Shown here: positions 12,005-25,507 of the stretch, piece after piece | Layout of the letters: each line of letters opens with the position of its first letter | How positions within the stretch are numbered: position 1 is the first letter of the stretch | NCBI RefSeq assembly: GCF_036971445.1 | Contig: NC_091477.1 | Location: 4,774,001-4,838,000, forward strand | Direction of reading: 5' to 3' | Length of the DNA: 64,000 bases | Source: Narcine bancroftii | Lineage: Eukaryota | The notes under the pieces: model-generated | What the model saw: only the letters and a program-made list of their open reading frames with translations | The model's database searches: none | Told to the model about the DNA's origin: nothing | Program-made: the position numbers and the translations under genes

Positions 12005-14263
12005 TTTGTCGGGAATATCGCTCAGGATTTGGGACTGAATGTCCGGCAATTGTCCACTCGCAAATTACGCCTGGCCCCTAACGCCGGTGGACGGTACATG
12101 AAGGTTAGTTTGGACAATGGGCTTTTGTCTATTCGTGAAAGAATCGACCGGGAACATATTTGTGGACAGGCAGTTGTGTATATTTTACCTTTCAAAACCA
12201 CACTGGAAAATCCTTTGGAGGTTCATCGCGGCGAACTGGAGATTCTTGATGTAAATGACAATTCCCCGGTTTTCCGCGACTGCAGCTTTTCTTTGAAGAT
12301 GTCCGAAGCAATTACACCTGGAATACGCTCCCGCCTCGAGGGCGCAGAAGATCAGGATATTGGGATAAATACTGTCGCCGGCTACACAATCAGTTGCAGT
12401 GAGTACTTCAGTCTAAAAACGCAGCTCACCGATGACCGTGTTATAAGCGCAGAGTTGGTGTTAGAGAAATCTTTGGACCGAGAGCGGCAATCATCGTTTC
12501 ATTTGTTGCTTACGGCCACTGACGGTGGGATTCCTCAAAGGTCCGGTACCGCTCAGATTCTCATTACAATACTGGACATCAATGATAATCCACCTATATT
12601 CGAGCATGATGTCTACAAAGGCAGCCTCAGTGAAAACGCACTGCCAGGTACCTCAGTGTTGAAAGTTAATGCAAACGATTCGGACGAGGGGGTGAATGCT
12701 GAGATAACATATTCTTTCAGTGATCGAACCATGAGACAAATACGTGATATATTCATCATAGACCCAGATAGAGGAGAGATTCGGCTAGAAGGAAGGCTGG
12801 ATTTTGAAGAAGCAAACACCTATTCGCTCGACGTTCAAGCTGTGGACCACGGTATCCCTGCGATTACAGGATACTCAAAAGTGCAGATCAAGGTAATTGA
12901 TGTGAACGACAACGCCCCCGAGATAACATTGACATCAACATTTAACAAAATCACGGAAGATGCTCCTCCGGGAACATTCATAACCTTGATCAATGTTATC
13001 GATCGCGATTCTGGAGAAAATGGTCGAGTTCGGTGTGAAATACCGAAGAACATCCCTTTCAAGCTTCAAACATCATCTGACCATTATAAACTAATTTCTA
13101 GTGAAGCGTTGGACCGTGAGGCGATCTCTGAGTACAGGATTCCTGTTTCAGCCTGGGACCAGGGATCCCCTTCACTGTCAACAAATAAAACCATTCATGT
13201 CACAATTTCCGATGTAAATGATAACGCCCCACAGTTTACGGAGGCTTCCTACAACATTTATGTGATGGAAAACAACAGCCCTGATGTTTCTATATTCGCG
13301 GTTACAGCGTCCGATCCTGATTTGGACCAGAATTCGTATGTTTCATTCTCTCTTCTGGCCAATCATATGGGAGACTTGCCAGTGTCCAGTTATATCAGCA
13401 TTAACTCGATGAACGGTGTCATTTACCCGCTGCGCCCATTCGACTACGAGAAATTAAAGACCTTCCAGATCCAGGTTCAAGCCCGTGACGCTGGAGTGCC
13501 CCCGCTGAGCAGCAGCGCTGCGGTTAATGTGATAATCCTGGATCAAAATGACAACGCGCCGGTAATTGTTTCACCTTCAGCACCGGGTGGATCAGCAGCA
13601 GTGGATTTCGTGCCCCATTTTGTGAGTCAAGGCTTCCTGGTGACCAGGGTAATGGCTACAGATGCAGATTCCGGGCAGAACGCACGGCTGTCATATCAGA
13701 TGCTCAAATCGACTGATTCTACCTTGTTCAACGTTGGACGAAACTCCGGTGAAATCAGAACTGCTCGCAATATTTTGCAGTCAGATAGTAGCTCACAGAC
13801 TTTGGTGATATTGGTGAAGGACAACGGGCAGCCAAGCCTCTCGAACACGTTTACAATTCACATTACAGCTGTGGAGAACATCACCGAAAAAATAAGCGAA
13901 AGAATTAAATTAGTGAAGAATCCGGAATACGTTTCCAATCGAAATCTTTATTTGATCGTCATTTTCGGTTGCACGTCCATTGCCTTTCTGTTGATCATCG
14001 GTCTGTTGATTGGCATCAAGTGTAAGCAGGACCGAACTGTCATCCAGGAGTACAATTACCCCAGTTATTGTTACAAAGGTGGAGATTCGCGCGTCAGGTT
14101 GAACCGGGGACCTGCAAAGAAGGAAACTTTGTGCTATCCCGGGACTGGCCAGGTAGTCCGCGTGCAAGAATTGAATCAATATTCTGTCTGCCTGTCCCCG
14201 GAATCAGCGAAAAGTGATTTTCTCTTCTTGAAGCCATGCGACGTTCCCACCTCTCAAGCCTAA
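12005..14263 (+). pseudogene. Protocadherin 2 (type B), 5'-truncated: lacks promoter, ATG, signal peptide and start of EC1; remaining frame open
   Basis: Starts at FVGNIAQDLG directly after L1 sequence; no CSE upstream. EC1 C-x5-C second Cys changed to Tyr (CGQAVVY). More than 744 codons still open. Confidence 0.85.
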
Positions 14264-15619
14264 TGCTAAATTACCACGATGTTCCACATCATTCATTTAC
14301 CATGGTGCCCAGCTTAAGTGCAAAAATTTCTTTTGTTATCAAGGAATGTTAGTTATTGCAATTGAAGTTTCTAAGAAAGTATCCACAGGCGTAAAACAGC
14401 TTAATTTTACTTTAAACTTCTGTTCAGTTGTAATGGTCTAAAATAAAAGTGTGAGCAATTTAGAATCCAATTTTTGAAGATTATCATCTGTTAATTTTTG
14501 AAGGAAATTCTAACGCTCCGTCAATTAACGAGGCAATCAACTGGTTTTTATCAGAATGATTATGCAATGAAATTTGATGTGTGGATCGAGTAATGTGTTT
14601 TAATATTAATAATTGAAAATGCGATCAATATAGAAATATGGTTGCATACGTTCCACACGAATGTCAAAATTGAAGATACAAATATAGGATAAAAGGTAGA
14701 TTCCTGAAACTCCAAGTTAAAACTAGAACCTGCATGAAACACTCAAGATGTCCTGCTGCCCTTTGCAGGGGAAAATAACTCGTTCCAACCGTATATCTTC
14801 TCCATCATAGATATCACTCGCCTCCCTTTTTAAAAATTCCATACAAAATATTATGGGTTCTTTTTTCTTCCATCAAACCCTCCCATCCTTCAGCGCGTTC
14901 CCTTCGACCTGTAGGACATGCAATGTGAGTCCATTTAAAAAATGTTCGCTTGCCTCTGCTCAGCAAGTTTTCAGATGAAACGAAGATTGGAGACATTTTC
15001 GACAGCGAATAAAGTCATCAGAACTTGCAGCTGGATCTGGACCAGCTGGAAAAATGTGGTGAAATTGGCAGATGGCATTTCATGCAGAGAAGTTTGAGAT
15101 GTTGCATCTTGGAAGGACAAGCCAAGGTAGGACGCATTCGTTCTGTGTTCTATAGACTCAAAGCTTATTGTAAATTAGAACATTGAACACGACAGCGCAG
15201 TGCAGGCTCTTCGTCCCTTGATCTAGCGCTGACCCATATATTCTTTAAATTATGCACTCTACCCACCCTACCCCATCAACCTCTATTTTACGCTCATCCA
15301 TGTGCGTGTCGTAGAGACTCTAAATGCCCCTAATGTTTCCACGTCTCCCACCGTCCCTCGCAAGGCATTCCAGGCACCCATAAATATCTGCGGAATACAT
15401 GTACGCCTGATATTTCCCCAAAACCTCCCTCCCTTCACGTTTTGCATACGTCTTCTGCTGTTTGTTATTCCTGCCCTGGGAAACAGGTGGTGGCTGTCCA
15501 CCGTATCATTCATACAAAGGTCTATCATGTGTCCTCCCATCCTTATATTCTACAAAGATAAAAGCCCTTGTTCCATTAGCCTTGCTTAATAAGACATGTT
15601 TTCCAATCCAAGCAACATA

Positions 15620-18600
15620 TGTTGTAATATATTAATACCTGAAATTCGAAAGTGGTCTTATCAGGCAAGAATAGATTTGGTACTCTGGTATTCACTGCAG
15701 ATGAAAAGGGCGAGAGTGACCTTGCATGAGTTACAGTCCCACAGGATTCTAAAACACAGCAGCAATAGAGATTCATCAAGCCAAATGTTTACTTAAATAA
15801 ACATTGCTTTTAATTTTCTTTAAACATAAAAACAAGATCAAACTTTAACTTATTACTATTACATTTACTTAACCTGACATCATCCCCTTCTGATTCTAAA
15901 TCACGTGCAAGTAATGTGCATATTCTCAGAAAAGTTCTTTGATTCAAAGTCCAATCTTACTTCTCACTCCTTCAGGGTTACCTGTATCAAGCAATTCTTA
16001 TACTGTGAACAGAATGTAACATTTCTGTATTTTCACCTGGCGCTAGTGAAAAGTAAAATGGTTACTTCTCAGGAAGTGTTTAGGTGGATTCAGAGAGAGA
16101 TTTGATGCTCATTGATCTGATTTCCCATGATCAGTAATTCAGTGTCTTGCCGCAGAAACTTTCCCCATCCTGGGTTTTCCAAATGATAACCTTTTCCTTC
16201 AGGTTATCACAGACTTTGTCATGTTTTCCTTATTTCAGGAGAAATATTCTAGCCAGCCATATCCTGTTGAAAGGACTACAGGGGATTTCAAATGGCTACA
16301 TTCAAAAACCACAAACCATATTCAAAATGGAGTGTCGAACAAGCTTCCAAAAGCCACTGCATAAGTTTGTTCTCACTCTCTCTCTCACACACACACACAT
16401 ATTTTCACTGTCTCCCTCTCTCTGTCTCTCTATCTCTCTCTGTTTGTCTCNNNNNNNNNNNNNNNNNNNNNNNNNNNNNNNNNNNNNNNNNNNNNNNNNN
16501 NNNNNNNNNNNNNNNNNNNNNNNNNNNNNNNNNNNNNNNNNNNNNNNNNNNNNNNNNNNNNNNNNNNNNNNNNNNNNNNNNNNNNNNNNNNNNNNNNNNN
16601 NNNNNNNNNNNNNNNNNNNNNNNNNNNNNNNNNNNNNNNNNNNNNNNNNNNNNNNNNNNNNNNNNNNNNNNNNNNNNNNNNNNNNNNNNNNNNNNNNNNN
16701 NNNNNNNNNNNNNNNNNNNNNNNNNNNNNNNNNNNNNNNNNNNNNNNNNNNNNNNNNNNNNNNNNNNNNNNNNNNNNNNNNNNNNNNNNNNNNNNNNNNN
16801 NNNNNNNNNNNNNNNNNNNNNNNNNNNNNNNNNNNNNNNNNNNNNNNNNNNNNNNNNNNNNNNNNNNNNNNNNNNNNNNNNNNNNNNNNNNNNNNNNNNN
16901 NNNNNNNNNNNNNNNNNNNNNNNNNNNNNNNNNNNNNNNNNNNNNNNNNNNNNNNNNNNNNNNNNNNNNNNNNNNNNNNNNNNNNNNNNNNNNNNNNNNN
17001 NNNNNNNNNNNNNNNNNNNNNNNNNNNNNNNNNNNNNNNNNNNNNNNNNNNNNNNNNNNNNNNNNNNNNNNNNNNNNNNNNNNNNNNNNNNNNNNNNNNN
17101 NNNNNNNNNNNNNNNNNNNNNNNNNNNNNNNNNNNNNNNNNNNNNNNNNNNNNNNNNNNNNNNNNNNNNGCCTCTCTNNNNNNNNNNNNNNNNNNNNNNN
17201 NNNNNNNNNNNNNNNNNNNNNNNNNNNNNNNNNNNNNNNNNNNNNNNNNNNNNNNNNNNNNNNNNNNNNNNNNNNNNNNNNNNNNNNNNNNNNNNNNNNN
17301 NNNNNNNNNNNNNNNNNNNNNNNNNNNNTGTCTCAGTATCTCTCTCTGTTTCTCTCTCTCTGTCTGTCTTTCTCTGTCTCTCTCCCTCTCTCATTTGTTG
17401 TCACTCTCCCTCTGTCTGTCTCTCCCTCTCTCCCTCTAAACTTGTTATAACAATGCATGCCAATGTTGAGAGTTTATATTTCTTTACCTGTTCAATATGA
17501 ATTTCTTGACAAACAATCTGCTATTACATTATTTGTACCTTTGATATAATTAATTTGCAGATATGATCTTGCAAAACTAAAGACCAGTTTAACAATCTTC
17601 TGTTTTTATTCTTCGATTTATTAGTAAACACCAGAGGGTTGTGGCCAGTAAATATCACAACAGGTTCATGAGTGGTACCCAGATACACATCAATCTTCTG
17701 CACAACAATTATTATAAATAACAATTCCTTCCCAATGCTAGAATAGTTCCTTTGATGAACATTGAATTTCTTTGAAAAATAGGCAACTGTAAGGACAATT
17801 TCATGTTTTTGTAATAAAATTATACCTGCGTCTCCCTCACTGGCATCTACATATAAAGAAAATTGTCTGTCAACATCAGGAGATTTTAAAACTGGGTAAT
17901 GGCATAGCATCTCCTTTAAATTTTCTAAAGCTGTCTAACAAACCTTCGCCCACATGAATTACTTCCATTTCTTCAAAACATTAGTTAAAGGAAGTGCAAC
18001 TTCAGCAAACGTTCTATAAAATGTCCTATAATATCCTGTAATTCCTAAATTCCTTATTGCCTTCTTGCCATTGGGAATAGGACATTCAGAAATTGCATAC
18101 ACTTAGCTTGAATAGGTGCAACTTTGCCACGACCCACTACATGAGCTATGTACGTCAGTAGCACGTTCTATTACACTTTGAGGTAAACTGACAGTTAAGC
18201 TTCCTTTGGATAATCATGCAAATAATTTGTCCATTTCTCTCAGGCGTTCTTCCCTTGTGCCACTTTTTGTGACCAAGTTATCAAAATAAGCATCTGTATG
18301 TGTCAAAATTTTGATTCCCGTATTTATCATCCTTGGGAATGTTGCAGGGACATATTCCATGCCAAAGGTATCAAATTATATTCTTATAAACCAGATGGTG
18401 TCACAAATTCAGAAATAATCCTTCCTCTATCTGTTCGTGCCACACACCAGTAACCCTTCCTCAAATCCACTTTAGTAATAAATTTAGCTTTCCCAATTTT
18501 ATTAATATAATCATAAAGTTTAGGAATATGACAAGAATCTGCTTTTGTTTCTGAATTAACTTTCATAGATCCTATACCAGAACACAAGGAAAACTCCAAT

Positions 18601-19365
18601 CTGAGTTTGAAGGTCTAATAATGTAATGTTTCAAGATATATTCCATCTCCTGATCGATGATTTTACTCTTTTGAATATTTATTCTCTATGGGTATTCTTT
18701 TATGGGACTTGCATCTCCCACATCCACATCATATTGAATCACTGACGTCCTTTTAGGCACATCAGGAAACAAATTTGCAGGTTTGGAAAATAAATACTTT
18801 AATGGTTCTGTTCATGAGATTTAAGATTTTCCTTCAGATTTTCCAAAATTGTTGAGTTAGACAGGAGCACAGGAACTATGTTTTTTTCAGGTTACTTTCA
18901 AAAGATTCTGATGCATAATCTTATTAACCGAACTTCTGCATCACTGCCAACAACTAACACCTCTGATATAAACTGTTTTCTACTACCTTTATCCTCATAA
19001 TAATGTTTAAACATATTTATTTGACACACCTCATATTTATTCCTACGATCTGGAGTGCTAACATCATTCATTTTCGATTTCATTTCACATGGTCCAGAAT
19101 ATTTCACACTCAGGGGATTGTCATGCGTTAGGAACAAAATTAACAATTTACTTTCTGTATTAAAAATCCTCACTTGAGGTTTCCTGTCAAATAAATGCTT
19201 TATTGTACCCTGAGCCATTTCTAAATTCTCTTAAGCCAAAGTCCACACTTTTTGTAACTGATCTTTAACTTTAGAAACATAATCCAGCAAGTAAAACTGT
19301 ACATCCTCATTAACCCAATGGTTTTTAACCACATTAAAGGCCCTCTAACCTGAAGTCAAACCCAT
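15620..19365 (-). mobile_element. Gypsy (Gmr1-like) relic, cassette copy 2 (contains an assembly gap)
   Basis: RNase H FSLYVDAS...AYFSKKFN..QRNYSSI.KELL (17524-17910), RT AKFITKVDLRKGYW (18384-18599), integrase C-term (18898-19218). Confidence 0.85.
16451..17328. other. Assembly gap inside a CT-rich simple repeat
   Basis: N run (with one short called island) flanked by (CT)n/(CTGT)n sequence. Confidence 0.95.
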
Positions 19366-22300
19366 CTCGCTAACATTCCCAATTAAAAAGATTTTTTGAT
19401 CCAAAGAAAATTTTATTTTCAAAATATTTTGTAAACAATCTCTTACTCTATAGCAAAAAACACTAAAGTTGTCACAAGGCCATAATGAGTGTAAAAACGT
19501 ACCTCTCTGATCATTTCACCGAAAGCACAGATCTGAAACACTCTGCTGATATCTTTTCAAAATATCTGGGGTCAAGAATATTTGATGTATAAATTATAAA
19601 TTACCAGTCTATACCTAACATTTACTAAATTTGTCATACTATCTCTACAAATACTCCTCCCATTATTATTTTCAAATTTAACCATCAAATCCTTCTCCCA
19701 TATAAGTGGTGATTTATGCAACTCAATCTTAGGCATTTTCCGCTGCAGTAATGACGTCCTGTTTTGTGGAAACTGCGAAAATGTTTGGCCTGGAATTCAG
19801 CCTAAAGAAAACTGGGGACCTCCATCAGCCAGCTCCCCACCATGACTACCAGCCCCCCACATCTCCATCGGGCAGACAGAACACAAAACGGTCAACCAGT
19901 TTACCTACTGCGACTGCACCATTTCATCTGATGCAAGGATCGACAAAGAGATAGACAACAGACTCGCCAAGGCAAATATCGCCTTTGGAAGACTACACAA
20001 AAGAATCTGGAAAAACAACCACCTGAAGAAACACACAAAGATCCTCGTGTACAGAGTCGTTGTCATACCCACGCTCCTGTTCGGCTCTGAATCATAGGTC
20101 CTCTACCAGCATCACCTACAGCTCCTAGAACACTTCCATCAGTGCTGTCTCTGCTCCATCCTCAACATTTATTGGAATGACTTCATCACCAACATCGAAG
20201 TAGTCGTGCTGGCAGAGTCCACAAGCATTGAATCCATACTGCTGAAGACCCAGCTGTGCTGGGAGGGTCACGTATCCAGAACGGAGGACCATCGCCTTCC
20301 CAAGATCATGTTATATGGTGAGGTCTCCACTGGTCACCGAGAGAGAGGTGCACCAAAGAAGAGGTACAAGGATTGCTTAAAGAAATCCCGGTGCCTGCCA
20401 CATTGACCACCGCCAGTGGGCTAATATCTCCTCCAACCATGCATCTTGGCTCTCACAGTTCGGTGGGCAGCAACCTCCTTTGAAGAAGACCGCAGAGCCC
20501 ACCTCACTGACAAAAGACAAAGGAGGAAAAACCCAACACCCAACCCCAACCAACCAATTTTCCCTTGCAACCGCTGCAACCATGCCTGCCTGTCCCACAT
20601 CAGATTTGTCAGTCACCAACGAGCCTGCAGCAGACATGGACATACCCCTCCATAAATCTTCATCCGTGAAGCCAAGCCAAAGTAGGAAGGAATGTATACA
20701 TTTCGGAAATAAAACCCTTCTTCCCTTCATCCCGGACCAACACTTCATTTCAATTCTTTAGGTGAAAACAAATGTCTCTAGAAATAATCAAACAACATTG
20801 ATTTAATTTCTTTATAAAAAAAGTATGAGTAGGGATTTGCTATTTTGCCTTCAACCTTTCAAATGGTACAAAATGACTAAATTCAAAGTAGTCATTTACC
20901 GTTGTAATTCCTTTCCGATTCCTAATTTTAAGAAGGTTATTATCAACCATAAAAGGTTACTTAGTCTGAAACAAAGCTGTATATGTAGACAATTCAAATT
21001 AATTAAGAATATTTTTAGATACTCTTCCCAAGTACTTATCAATAAGATAAAATAGGTGCTTTCAAACTGCTAATTAATTTACTATTCCATTTATAGATAA
21101 AATAATCTCTTCTATCTTCTCCAATTCTCTTCAATTCTACATCTAGCCAAGTTACAGGACTATCTAAGTCAAACATTCTATTTATAATTTTTAGTTGAGT
21201 GGCTTTATAATAATTTTAAAAATTCAGAAGTTGCAAACCACCTAATTCGTATTTCCATGTTAATTTATGCAGAGAAACCATTGCTAATTTTCCCTTCCAT
21301 AACAATTTCCTAACAATTTCATTGAAATCCCTAAAATTAGTTTTTGGTAAATTAGAAGGTATATTTTGAAAAAAATACTGGTCGAGGAAATATATTCATT
21401 TTTATACTGTTCACACTACCCACTAATGTTAACGGTAAATCCTTCCATTTATTTAAATCTTCTTTTATTACAGACATAAATAATAAATAATTTAATTCAA
21501 ATAATTGATTTTTATCTTTATTCACTTTAATAACTAAATACTTAGAGTGATTTGGCCATTTAAAGTCTCCCCCTCCTTTACAACCAGAATAATCAGCCTC
21601 GGACTATGGCATAAGTTCACTGTTATTCCAATTCATTTTATAACCAGATAATTCCCAATATTGTAATAACTTGTTCTGTAACACCTTCAATTACTTTTCG
21701 GTTTGTTAAGTGTACTAATATATTATCTGCTAATAAACCAATCTTATAATTCATCAATCCTGATTTAATCCTCTTTATATAACTTTCTTATCTATTAATT
21801 GAGGTAAAAATTCCAAAACCAATGCAAACAATGCAGGTGATAAAGAGCACCCCTGACTCGTAGTTCTCTCTAAATTAAAAGATTCAGATAAGACTCAATT
21901 TGTCATAAATCTAGTATTGGTTTGTTTATACATTGCCTTAATCCAATTTATAAACATTGATGCAAACCGAATTTTCTCCAATACATTAAATTAAAAAAAG
22001 AAAACATTCCACCCTATCAAATGCTTTTTCGGCATCCATCGATAAGACCACTTGAACTTGGATTGCTCCCGAGAAATATTTATTAAACTAATTAATTTAA
22101 CTACATTATCTGCAAATATCTACCCTTAATAAAACACGTCTGAACAATATGAATCAACTTTGGTAAATACTGTGCCAGTCTATTTGCCAAACTCTTAGTA
22201 AAAATTTTATACTCAACATTCAATAATGAAATTGGTCTATCAGAGCCAGGATAGAAAAGGTCTTTATTGTTTTTAAGGATGACTGTAATAATTGCTAGTG

Positions 22301-22710
22301 AAAATGATTCCAGAACAGATCATGTATCCGAAATCTGTTGTAAAACTTCACTAAACACTGGAAGCACTAAATGTTGGAATTTCTTCTAAAATTCGAGAGA
22401 AAACCCATCTTCTCCTGGGGATTTACCATTTGGCATTGAATTCAAAACCGATTTAATTTGTCTCCAAGCAATTGGTTTCTCCAATTGTTCCCTAGTTCCA
22501 TCATTCAATATTGGTAACTGCAATCTGGTTAAATATTCTCTATTTTATTCACATCTTGTCGTAATTCAGAAGTTTATAGTTTTTTTTAATATAAAATTCT
22601 ATAATTATTCTATAATTCTATAATTCTATAATTCTATTATTATTTTGAGGCCCATAAGAAACTTACGAATTTTTATTAACAGTATTTATCATTCCTGATG
22701 TTTGATCAGA
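19366..22710 (-). mobile_element. L1 ORF2 relic upstream of gene 3 (interrupted by an RTE insertion)
   Basis: Paralogous to 1-2065 (position 1 corresponds to 19672); DAEKAFDRVE at ~22010-22040. Confidence 0.85.
19754..20690 (+). mobile_element. RTE-clade LINE, 5'-truncated, decayed copy
   Basis: Homologous to the 3' part of 33303-35519; ends GCCAAGCCAAAG...; AATG on both sides; absent from the paralogous L1 copies. Confidence 0.9.
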
Positions 22711-22827
22711 TACAAATTGCAACGACAAATCATAATATTTCTGATTAGAAGTTCAAAATAGCCGAAGACGTAACCATTCATTCTGTCGTTTATGGTTGTA
22801 CAACATTAAACATTTAACAGAATAGTC

Positions 22828-22935
22828 TAGCTTTAAGAATTGTCGCTGCAGTTATTGAAAAGGACTGACAGCGTCGCTGTCTACCAATGGGAAGCGCTTG
22901 TTCCCGGCTGGATCCATTCCCCGCCCACACCCCTG
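22828..22935 (+). promoter_or_regulatory. Pcdh promoter/CSE of gene 3
   Basis: CTTTAAGAA at 22831, GCGTCGCTGTCTACCAATGG at 22871-22890, GGATCCATT followed by CCCCGCCC. Confidence 0.85.
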
Positions 22936-23128
22936 CACAAAATAGAGGAGTGGACCAGAAGGCGAGCAGTGCCCGAGTTTAGATCGTGGAGTCGGACGGA
23001 GGTGGATAAATCACTTGCTGTTTCGATTCGATATTTAGAGTATTCACATTCACATTATTTTGGTCAGAACCATTTTTCGGATTAATCGAGTCGAGGCCTG
23101 GATTTGCAAAATAATTCACTGCGGAACA

Positions 23129-25507
23129 ATGGCGTACCCACTGTGGTTTGCCTTCAATCTGCTTGCATGCGCGTTTCTGACATGTATACCAGATTTAATT
23201 ACTGGCCAAATTCGTTATTCAATTCACGAGGAATTGGAAGAAGGGGCATTTGTAGGGAATATCGCTCAGGATTTGGGACTGAATGTCCGGCAATTGTCCA
23301 CTCGCAAATTACGCCTGGCCCCTGTCGCCGGTGGACGGTACATGAAGGTTAGTTTGGACAATGGGCTTTTGTCTATTCGTGAAAGAATCGACCGGGAACA
23401 TATTTGTGGACAGGCAGTTGTGTGTATTTTACCTTTCGAAACCACTCTGGAAAATCCTTTGGAGGTTCATCGCGGCGAACTGGAGATTCTTGATGTAAAT
23501 GACAATTCCCCGGTTTTCCGCGACGGCAGCATTTCTTTGAAGATGTCCGAAGCAATTACACCTGGAATACGCTTCCGCCTCGAGGGCGCAGAAGATCAGG
23601 ATATTGGGATAAATACTGTCGCCGGCTACACAATCAGTTCCAGTGAGTACTTCAGTCTAAAAACGCAGCTCACCGATGACCGTGTTATAAGTGCAGAGTT
23701 GGTATTAGAGAGATATTTGGATCGAGAGCGGCAATCATCGTTTCAGTTGTTGCTTACGGCCACTGACGGTGGGATTCCTCAAAGGTCCGGTACGGCTCAG
23801 ATTCTCATTACAATACTGGACATCAATGATAATCCACCTATATTCGAGCATGATGTCTACAAAGGCAGCCTCAGTGAAAACGCACTGCCAGGTACCTCAG
23901 TGTTGAAAGTTAATGCAAACGATTTGGACGAGGGGGTGAATGCTGAGATAACGTATTCTTTCAGTGATCGAACCATGAGACAAATACGTGATATATTAAT
24001 CATAGACCCAGATACAGGAGAGATTCGGCTAGAAGGACCGCTGGATTTTGAAGAAGCAAACACCTATTCGCTCGACGTTCAAGCTGTGGACCACGGTTTC
24101 CCTGCGATTACAGGATACTCAAAAGTGCTGATCAAGGTAATTGATGTGAACGACAACGCCCCCGATATAACATTGACATCAACATTTAACAAAATCACGG
24201 AAGATGCTCCTCCAGGAACATTCATAACCTTGATCAATGTCATCGATCGCGATTCTGGAGAAAATGGTCGAGTTCGGTGTGCAATACCGAAGAACATCCC
24301 TTTCAGGCTACAAACATCATCTGACCATTATAAACTAATTTCTAGTGAAGCGTTGGACCGTGAGGCGATCTCTGAGTACAAGATTCCTGTTTCAGCCTGG
24401 GACCAGGGATCTCCTTCACTGTCAACAAATAAAACCATCCATGTCACAATTTCCGATGTAAATGATAATGCCCCACAGTTTACGGAGCCTTCCTACAACA
24501 TTTATGTGATGGAAAACAACAGCCCTGGTGTTTCTATATTCGCGGTTACAGCGTCCGATCCTGATTTGGACCAGAATTCGTATGTTTCATATTCTCTTCT
24601 GACCAATCAAATGGGAGACTTGCCAGTGTCCAGTTATATCAGCATTAACTCGATGAACGGTACCATTTACGCGCTGCGCCCATTTGACTACGAGAAATTA
24701 AAGACCTTCCAGATCCAGGTTCAAGCCCGTGACGCTGGAGTGCCCCCGCTGAGCAGCAGCGCTGCGGTTAATGTAATAATCCTGGATCAAAATGACAACG
24801 CGCCGGTAATTGTTTCACCTTCAGCACCGGGTGGATCAGCAGCAGTGGATTTCATGCCCCATTTAGCGAGTCAAGGCTACCTGGTGACCAGGGTAATGGC
24901 TACAGATGCAGATTCCGGGCAGAACGCACGGCTGTCATATCAGATGCTCAAATCGACTGATTCTACCTTGTTCAACGTTGGACGAAACTCCGGTGAAATC
25001 AGAACGGCTCGCAATATTTTGCAGTCAGATAGCAGCTCACAGACTTTGGTGATATTGGTGAAGGACAACGGGCAGCCAAGCCTCTCGAACACGGTTACAA
25101 TTCACATTACAGCTTTGGAGAACATCACCGAAAAAATAAGCGAAAGTAGTAAATTAGTGAAGAATCCGGAATACGTTTCCAATCGAAATCTTTATTTGAT
25201 CGTCATTTTCGGTTGCACGTCCATTGCCTTTCTGTTGATCATCGTTCTGTTGATTGGCATCAAGTGTAAGCAGGACCGAACTGTCATCCAGGAGTACAAT
25301 TACCCCAGTTATTGTTACAAAGGTGGAGATTCGCGCGTCACGTTGAACCGGGGAGCTGCAATGGAGGAAACTTTGCGCTATCCCGGGACTGGCCAGGTAA
25401 TCCGCGTGCCAGAAATGAATCAATATTCTGTCTGCCTGTCCCCGGAATCAGCGAAAAGTGATTTTCTCTTCTTGAAGCCATGCGACGTTCCCACCTCTCA
25501 AGCCTAA
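23129..25507 (+). CDS. Clustered protocadherin 3 (type A), 792 aa, intact
   Basis: Same architecture as gene 1; about 20 amino-acid differences by manual comparison; AATAAA at 25686-25691. Confidence 0.95.
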   Translation: MAYPLWFAFNLLACAFLTCIPDLITGQIRYSIHEELEEGAFVGNIAQDLGLNVRQLSTRKLRLAPVAGGRYMKVSLDNGLLSIRERIDREHICGQAVVCILPFETTLENPLEVHRGELEILDVNDNSPVFRDGSISLKMSEAITPGIRFRLEGAEDQDIGINTVAGYTISSSEYFSLKTQLTDDRVISAELVLERYLDRERQSSFQLLLTATDGGIPQRSGTAQILITILDINDNPPIFEHDVYKGSLSENALPGTSVLKVNANDLDEGVNAEITYSFSDRTMRQIRDILIIDPDTGEIRLEGPLDFEEANTYSLDVQAVDHGFPAITGYSKVLIKVIDVNDNAPDITLTSTFNKITEDAPPGTFITLINVIDRDSGENGRVRCAIPKNIPFRLQTSSDHYKLISSEALDREAISEYKIPVSAWDQGSPSLSTNKTIHVTISDVNDNAPQFTEPSYNIYVMENNSPGVSIFAVTASDPDLDQNSYVSYSLLTNQMGDLPVSSYISINSMNGTIYALRPFDYEKLKTFQIQVQARDAGVPPLSSSAAVNVIILDQNDNAPVIVSPSAPGGSAAVDFMPHLASQGYLVTRVMATDADSGQNARLSYQMLKSTDSTLFNVGRNSGEIRTARNILQSDSSSQTLVILVKDNGQPSLSNTVTIHITALENITEKISESSKLVKNPEYVSNRNLYLIVIFGCTSIAFLLIIVLLIGIKCKQDRTVIQEYNYPSYCYKGGDSRVTLNRGAAMEETLRYPGTGQVIRVPEMNQYSVCLSPESAKSDFLFLKPCDVPTSQA

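Noticed and set aside
16147-17500. Long ORFs of 300-430 aa
   Set aside because: Artefacts of N gaps and CT repeats (likewise at 27.5, 46.0 and 48.5 kb)
22594-22642. Short (ATAATTCT)n tandem array upstream of promoter 3
   Set aside because: Local slippage inside an L1 relic; absent from paralogues, no spacers, not CRISPR-like
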